From: Promethearchaeota archaeon
Lineage (GTDB): Archaea > Asgardarchaeota > Lokiarchaeia > Sigyniarchaeales > SOKP01
NCBI GenBank assembly: GCA_016839705.1
Contig: JAEOTR010000016.1
Location: 54,819-118,818, forward strand
Length of the DNA: 64,000 nucleotides
Direction: 5' to 3'
Shown piece by piece: positions 59,259 through 64,000 of the stretch. The first letter of the stretch is position 1. Every line of letters begins with the position of its first letter. Below the pieces are notes generated by a model, which was not told where the DNA came from, did not search any database, and saw nothing but the letters and a program-made list of their open reading frames with translations. A program made the position numbers and the translations under genes.

Positions 59259-59467
59259 ATGACGGAATATAAAAGGACTAAATGCCCAAAATGTAACAAT
59301 GAGAATCCACGCATGCTCCATGATGAACCCGATAAGAGTAATATTCTTTACTACAGTATTGAAAACGTTATTTAAACTTTTCGCTGAAGCAGGGAACACC
59401 AGTTTATGCGCGAATCATAAAATGTGGCGATTGCGGAAACACATTTTCAAAATCTGCCCCAGCTTAA
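59259..59467 (+). CDS. Small zinc-ribbon protein (59 aa after splicing), two exons 59259-59359 and 59389-59467; not in the ORF track
   Basis: The joined sequence translates to MTEYKRTKCPKCNNENPRMLHDEPDKSNILYYSMQGTPVYARIIKCGDCGNTFSKSAPA*, with paired CPKC/CGDC. The unspliced frame stops at TAA 59373-59375 with only one CxxC. Confidence 0.75.
59360..59388 (+). other. Candidate 29-nt bulge-helix-bulge (tRNA-type) intron in a protein-coding gene
   Basis: Central 4-bp helix CAGU(59354-57)/GCUG(59383-86). 3-nt bulges AUU(59358-60) and AAG(59387-89). Intron stem GAAAA/UUUUC plus GUU/AAC. Cleavage after the second bulge nucleotide on each side gives AT|G and restores the frame. Confidence 0.7.
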
Positions 59468-59526
59468 CATTCTAAAAAAAGATTACTCTTTCTTTTTTTA
59501 ATTCTTATTTATTTAAGTGAAAGAAG

Positions 59527-60279
59527 CTAAATGCTAAGATTTAACAGGTTCAGAATTTCTCTTAATTTAGTAATACTTATTTGACCTGATGCCGTTTTTT
59601 CTAAATAGGAACCATATGTTAAGAAAGACTTGCTAAAATTGCACAAAATTCTTGACAATAGTCCCACTTCACCCATGCAAAAGGAGATTAATCTTAATTT
59701 TTTACTTGATTTTATTTTGCATAATTGTAAAGGAATTAAATTATCCTCAAAAGATTGAGCTGTAAATATAAGTTTGAAAATGCCTTTTTCTACAATCTTT
59801 TGATCAATTTGAACGTTTTGTTTCAACTTTTTCAAAGAATCTTCTAAAATTTCAACTGCTACATCGTAAGTAGGAGTTTTTTCAAAATCGTGAAGAGAAA
59901 ATATTAGGTTTACCTTATTATGTGATGCTAAGCGAATTATTTCACTTAAAATACTACTTTCAGTATTAATTTCAATATCAAGATATCTTGGCTCTGATTC
60001 AATTATAATTTTTATTATTTGAAGTCGCTTACTGACTTCAATTTCTATCTGTCCACCTTCAGAGTAATCTCTAAAAGTACAGATCACGGGAATTTTTGGT
60101 TGAATTCGATTTATTAGATCAATTATAAAATCTTTAGTAATTTTTTGGATATCGGAAATATAATCAAATCTTAGTTCGATAAAGTCGGGATTAAGAATTA
60201 TAACTTTTTCAATAGTTGGGGCGATCTCGCTGACCACTACAGATTTAATTGGGATTGGTACACAAATATTGTACTTCAT
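59527..60279 (-). CDS. aroD: Type I 3-dehydroquinate dehydratase
   Basis: ICVP, ELRFD, TFR-x3-EGG, DIE, S-x-HDF-x-KTP, K, MGE-x-G-x2-SR and TASGQ. Confidence 0.88.
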   Translation of the reverse strand: MKYNICVPIPIKSVVVSEIAPTIEKVIILNPDFIELRFDYISDIQKITKDFIIDLINRIQPKIPVICTFRDYSEGGQIEIEVSKRLQIIKIIIESEPRYLDIEINTESSILSEIIRLASHNKVNLIFSLHDFEKTPTYDVAVEILEDSLKKLKQNVQIDQKIVEKGIFKLIFTAQSFEDNLIPLQLCKIKSSKKLRLISFCMGEVGLLSRILCNFSKSFLTYGSYLEKTASGQISITKLREILNLLNLSI

Positions 60280-60306
60280 AGTAAGAAATTAATTTCCTAA
60301 TAAAAA

Positions 60307-60951
60307 TTAAATATTCAATATTTCTTTTATATCTTTTTCGGTGAATTTCAAGGTGTTTTCAGCGTTTACTTTTTTGAGGATTCCCATTTTTTTATAATAC
60401 TTAATAATCGGCTTTGCATTCTTTTCATAAGCATCTAATCTGTTTTTCAGTGTTTCTTCATTATCATCACTTCGTTGTTCAAATTTTATTTCAGAACCAC
60501 ATGCATCACATATACCTTCTACCTTAGGTGGAAGAGTATATTTATTGTAAAGCTTATTACAATTAGGACAGGCGTATCTACCTAATATTCTTTTCATTAT
60601 TAAGTCTCTTGGAACTTCTAGTAGAAGTAATAGATCAACTTCAGTTATATTTGTTAACGCTTTTGCCTGAGATATCGTACGAGGGAATCCATCAAGAATG
60701 AAACCTTCTGCCTTCACATCTTCTCTAGTCAGTCGATCTCGTACCATCTCGATAGTCACATCATCAGGAACTAGCTCACCTTTATCCATATAGCCTTTAG
60801 CTTTCAATCCTAAGGGTGTTTCATTTTTCAAGTTTTCCCTAAATATATCTCCTGTACTGATATGAATAATATCTGGCAAAACTTTTCTAATCTGTGAACT
60901 AAAGGTACCTTTTCCCGCGCCAGGCGGACCAAACAGTATTAATTTTTTCAT
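60307..60951 (-). CDS. adk: Adenylate kinase, bacterial long type with zinc-binding LID
   Basis: GPPGAGKGT, HISTGDIFR, GELVPD, GFILDGFPR, CPNC...CDAC and RSDD. Confidence 0.92.
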   Translation of the reverse strand: MKKLILFGPPGAGKGTFSSQIRKVLPDIIHISTGDIFRENLKNETPLGLKAKGYMDKGELVPDDVTIEMVRDRLTREDVKAEGFILDGFPRTISQAKALTNITEVDLLLLLEVPRDLIMKRILGRYACPNCNKLYNKYTLPPKVEGICDACGSEIKFEQRSDDNEETLKNRLDAYEKNAKPIIKYYKKMGILKKVNAENTLKFTEKDIKEILNI

Positions 60952-60985
60952 AATTATCTAGTAAAATTAATAGAATAAAAAAAAC

Positions 60986-61573
60986 TTAACCCGTAAAATA
61001 GGATTTTTCCACTTCTTTTATCAAATTTTCCACTTGTCTCTTTTCTCTCCTACTAAAAAGAGTAGCAAAATCTTTTTTTATTGAAGAACCATAATAAGAA
61101 TTTCCAAAAAAGGTACTGGATTTATCTATTGCTCGTAATAATAATTTTAAACCTCCCATGTGAAGATATATTGAAATATCATTAATAATAATTATAGAAG
61201 TTGGTTCTTCATTAAAAGAATTAAGTACTTTAACGGTCTTCTTAAAATTTTCATATGCATTTTGGTACAATTCAGTTTTATTACTTGATTTAAAGCGGGG
61301 AGGGATAATTTCTCCTTTAAATGAGATATTCCTACATTTGGTACTACCTGTGTAGAAATCTAGGATTTTTCCCCCAATTTTTAGATGGTTAAATGTTGTT
61401 AATTTGGGAGCAAAATCTAAAATACTAACATCCTTAGGTGATGCATTTTTTGATTCTAAAAGATATTGAACGAATTTAGATGTTAGGTAAGTCTTTTTTG
61501 TATTAGTATCTCCATATAATAAAGTATGGTGACCAAAAAATTCATTAAAATCTAAATCTTCACGGTGCGTCAT
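60986..61573 (-). CDS. Hypothetical protein with degenerate P-loop
   Basis: TLLYGDTNTKKTYLT (Walker A-like), ILDFAP and IIINDISIY (Walker B-like). Confidence 0.55.
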   Translation of the reverse strand: MTHREDLDFNEFFGHHTLLYGDTNTKKTYLTSKFVQYLLESKNASPKDVSILDFAPKLTTFNHLKIGGKILDFYTGSTKCRNISFKGEIIPPRFKSSNKTELYQNAYENFKKTVKVLNSFNEEPTSIIIINDISIYLHMGGLKLLLRAIDKSSTFFGNSYYGSSIKKDFATLFSRREKRQVENLIKEVEKSYFTG

Positions 61574-61604
61574 AAATAAAATTGAAAAGCATTAAATTTA
61601 ATAT

Positions 61605-62171
61605 TTAAAAGAAATCTTCCCATGTTATTTTTGCTCGTTTTAAAACTACTAAAACAAGAAAGCCCATTATCGCTCCAGGAATAGAGCTCAATGCAAATAA
61701 GCTCCAATATATATATAGGCTTTCTACTGTAAAAATAGTCCCAATTGGCGCAATTAAATGCCCTATAGTCCCACCTAAGAAAACCGTACCAATAGGTTCA
61801 GCTAATGCTGCAAATTCTAAGTATTTTGGATAATTTTTACGTAGAAAATAAGATATGGTACCAACAACAACTGCACCCGTTATTCCTCCATGAAAAGCAT
61901 GGATTGTGCCAATCGAAAGTGAGAATCGAAGTGATGCAATCCCAAGAGCAGTAATGCACGATGAAGTAAGTCCGATTAGAACCCCTGTAATAGCATTAAA
62001 GAAGTGTGCAAAAGGATTAATTTTAGTTCCAAATATAGTAAAATAAGCAAAGGGATTAATAAAACTTAAAACTAATCCTACGGCAATAAAAATTGCTATT
62101 GCTGCTACTTTTTTAGTCAAAAAATCCGAAGGAAATACAATTTCTTTAACATTAGACCTATTTTCGCTCAA
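61605..62171 (-). CDS. thiW: ECF transporter S component, ThiW-like
   Basis: P-x2-H-x2-N-x3-GVL-x-G, LR-x4-GT-x2-AF-x-G and EPIGT; adjacent to the ThiN gene. Confidence 0.72.
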   Translation of the reverse strand: MSENRSNVKEIVFPSDFLTKKVAAIAIFIAVGLVLSFINPFAYFTIFGTKINPFAHFFNAITGVLIGLTSSCITALGIASLRFSLSIGTIHAFHGGITGAVVVGTISYFLRKNYPKYLEFAALAEPIGTVFLGGTIGHLIAPIGTIFTVESLYIYWSLFALSSIPGAIMGFLVLVVLKRAKITWEDFF

Positions 62172-62258
62172 TTTAAAATCAACCGATATTACTCTTCTAA
62201 ATTATTAAAAATTATGATTTTCTATATAAAGTTTGTTTTTGCTTTTAAAGGCGGTATC

Positions 62259-62858
62259 TTAGTCATTATTGATTAATTCAAAAATTTTCTGAAGCTTTTC
62301 AATAATATCAGCTGAACTCTTCCCAAATAACCGTATCATTGGTTCTTTACCAATAGATCCTCTATCCCAGATGATATCCGAAATCTTACCATTCCTATCT
62401 ATACTTTCTTTAATTAACCACTGCATCGTAGAAAATTCCTTTTGCTTAATTTCTTCTGGTTCTTTTTCTCGATTAATTTCTTTTAATTCCAAATCCGTTT
62501 TTTTCTGAATATCTTCTATTAATTCTGGGGTATATTTTAAATTCATGACAAAATTAACTGATGTATCAAACTCTTTTGCTGTAAGAAGTAATCGTGCTGT
62601 ATGTTCAGCAACTCCAAATTTAATATCTCCTGCGGCTATAGGAAGACCATCAACAATGGTTATTCTCCCATCAATTCCAGCCACATCTCCCTTTTTTTTG
62701 GCATCTGGTAAAGCTCCTGCGATGTTTGTTCTTACTTCTGGTATTAATTTTATGAATTTCTTTATTTTTATGAAACTGTATATTTCTTTGATCTGGTCAA
62801 TAACTTCTAATTTTTCTTCAGAATTAGGTGGTTCTCTAAGCTCGTTGTTTTCCATCAA
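62259..62858 (-). CDS. thiN: Stand-alone ThiN-domain thiamine-phosphate synthase family protein
   Basis: LIPEVRTNI, DVAGIDGRI, FGVAEHTAR, MNLKY, R-x2-EP and D-x-G-x2-GKEPMIR. Confidence 0.78.
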   Translation of the reverse strand: MMENNELREPPNSEEKLEVIDQIKEIYSFIKIKKFIKLIPEVRTNIAGALPDAKKKGDVAGIDGRITIVDGLPIAAGDIKFGVAEHTARLLLTAKEFDTSVNFVMNLKYTPELIEDIQKKTDLELKEINREKEPEEIKQKEFSTMQWLIKESIDRNGKISDIIWDRGSIGKEPMIRLFGKSSADIIEKLQKIFELINND

Positions 62859-62905
62859 ATCTATAAGGAATATAAGTTTATTTAATTTATCGTTTATTCA
62901 ATCAA

Positions 62906-63616
62906 TTGGATGGAGAGAACAGCCTTATGATACAAATAGGAGATACTTTGATAAATCCAACAAAGATTATATGTTTGGGTACTAACTACATGGATCATGT
63001 AGAAGAGACAGGATTAGAAGTTCCAGAAGAACCTCTAATTTTTCCTAAGACATTAAATTGTTTAATTACTCATAACCAACCCATAATCTATCCAAAATAC
63101 CTTTACAACAATAGAAAGTATAATAGGGTGGATTATGAAGTAGAATTAGCTTTTATTGTTAAGGATAAATGTAAAAACATTTCTGCTGAGAATGCTTATG
63201 ATCATATTTTAGGTTATACTGTTTTTAATGATGTAACCGCTCGTAAAATGCAGACAAAGGACATTATTTCGCAAAAACCGTGGTTTAGATCGAAGTCCTT
63301 CGATAGTTTCGGACCAATTGGTCCTGTGATAAAAAAGGTTGATGAGATTAAAGATCCTCATAACCTTGATATCGAATTGAAGGTGAATGGAAAAACAAAA
63401 CAATCATCAAATACAACACATCTATTATTTAAGATACCCGAGATTTTCGAATATATTACTAAATTTTTTACTATGGAACCTGGTGATATCGTTGCTACAG
63501 GTACTCCTGGTGGAATAGGTCCTGTTAATCCTGGAGATTTGATTGAAGCAAAAATAGAAAAGATAGGCACTCTTACAAATAAAGTAATTTTGGAAGGAGA
63601 AGAAGCGAATTTATGA
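62906..63616 (+). CDS. Fumarylacetoacetate hydrolase family protein
   Basis: KIICLGTNY-x2-H, DYEVEL, NDVTAR, KSFDSFGPIGP and GDIVATGTPGG. The start is probably the ATG of MIQIGD. Confidence 0.9.
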   Translation: MDGENSLMIQIGDTLINPTKIICLGTNYMDHVEETGLEVPEEPLIFPKTLNCLITHNQPIIYPKYLYNNRKYNRVDYEVELAFIVKDKCKNISAENAYDHILGYTVFNDVTARKMQTKDIISQKPWFRSKSFDSFGPIGPVIKKVDEIKDPHNLDIELKVNGKTKQSSNTTHLLFKIPEIFEYITKFFTMEPGDIVATGTPGGIGPVNPGDLIEAKIEKIGTLTNKVILEGEEANL

Positions 63617-64000
63617 GAATTGGAAATACAGAATTCAACCCAACTAAAATCATTTGTATCGGGCGTAATTATTTAGAGCATGCTAAGGAACTAAATTCTC
63701 CAGTGCCCACCGAGCCGGTGTTTTTTGTAAAGACTCTAAACTCTATTATCACCAATGGAGCGCCAATAATATATCCTCGAATTCTATATGAAAATGAAGA
63801 ATTCAACAGAGTGGACCATGAAGTAGAACTTGCTTTCATCATGCAGAAGAACTGTAAAAAAATTTCGGCTACAAATGCTTATGATTATATTCAAGGTTAT
63901 ACTATTTTTCTAGATATAACAGCTAGGAAAATGCAAATTAAGGATCGTAATTTGAACTTACCGTGGTACAGAAGTAAAAATTTCGATTCTTTCGGAGTTT
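63613..64000 (+). CDS. Second FAH-family protein (tandem paralog, 3'-truncated by window edge)
   Basis: ATGA overlap with the upstream stop. Translates as MRIGNTEFNPTKIICIGRNYLEHAKE...VDHEVELAF...LDITAR...WYRSKNFDSFG. Confidence 0.85.
   Translation, partial: MRIGNTEFNPTKIICIGRNYLEHAKELNSPVPTEPVFFVKTLNSIITNGAPIIYPRILYENEEFNRVDHEVELAFIMQKNCKKISATNAYDYIQGYTIFLDITARKMQIKDRNLNLPWYRSKNFDSFGV

Noticed and set aside
59240-59272. 10-codon ATG ORF overlapping the zinc-ribbon start
   Set aside because: Too short to support and likely in AT-rich DNA by chance; no evidence for a regulatory role.
59259-59375. Unspliced 38-aa ORF as the real product, or simple pseudogene status
   Set aside because: It has only one CxxC, both halves are otherwise intact, and the interruption is precisely BHB-bounded. 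A pseudogene cannot be fully excluded without RNA data.
62172-62258. Possible TPP riboswitch upstream of thiW
   Set aside because: The spacer is AT-rich and lacks the conserved CUGAGA core and the required stems.
3393-63570. Numerous 60-146 aa ORFs in the track that are antisense to, or nested in, long genes (e.g. 3393-3587, 21059-21379, 33437-33739, 38509-38823, 62545-62985)
   Set aside because: They overlap well-supported genes and show no recognisable motifs, so they are treated as shadow ORFs.
1-64000. CRISPR arrays, tRNA/rRNA genes, IS elements, prophage
   Set aside because: I saw no spaced direct repeats, no GC-rich structured RNA segments, and no transposase, integrase or viral motifs.

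Overview
This is an AT-rich, gene-dense archaeal chromosomal segment. The gene content (GGGP/DGGGP synthases, MptA/MptD/RFAP synthase, CofG/CofH, archaeal uS2) and the many small zinc-finger proteins point, by inference only, to an Asgard (Lokiarchaeia-like) archaeon. From 5' to 3' it carries: a membrane RING-like protein; a methanopterin/F420/riboflavin cofactor region; a PadR operon; an ether-lipid operon; a glycoside/sulfatase catabolic region; two orphan N6-adenine methyltransferases; a DNA-repair radical SAM pair; uS2; LeuC/D; two LITAF-like zinc proteins; and shikimate, adenylate kinase, thiamine and FAH genes. I found no rRNA, tRNA, CRISPR array or transposase. The most striking signal is missing from the ORF track. 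A small zinc-ribbon gene (59259..59467) is interrupted by a 29-nt element (59360..59388) that folds into an archaeal bulge-helix-bulge splice motif. Cutting at the canonical endonuclease positions restores the frame and the second CxxC pair, making it a candidate tRNA-type intron in an mRNA. Several genes also appear to start at ATT or CTG codons, two of them overlapping the upstream stop codon. All calls are by motif recognition; no database searches were run.
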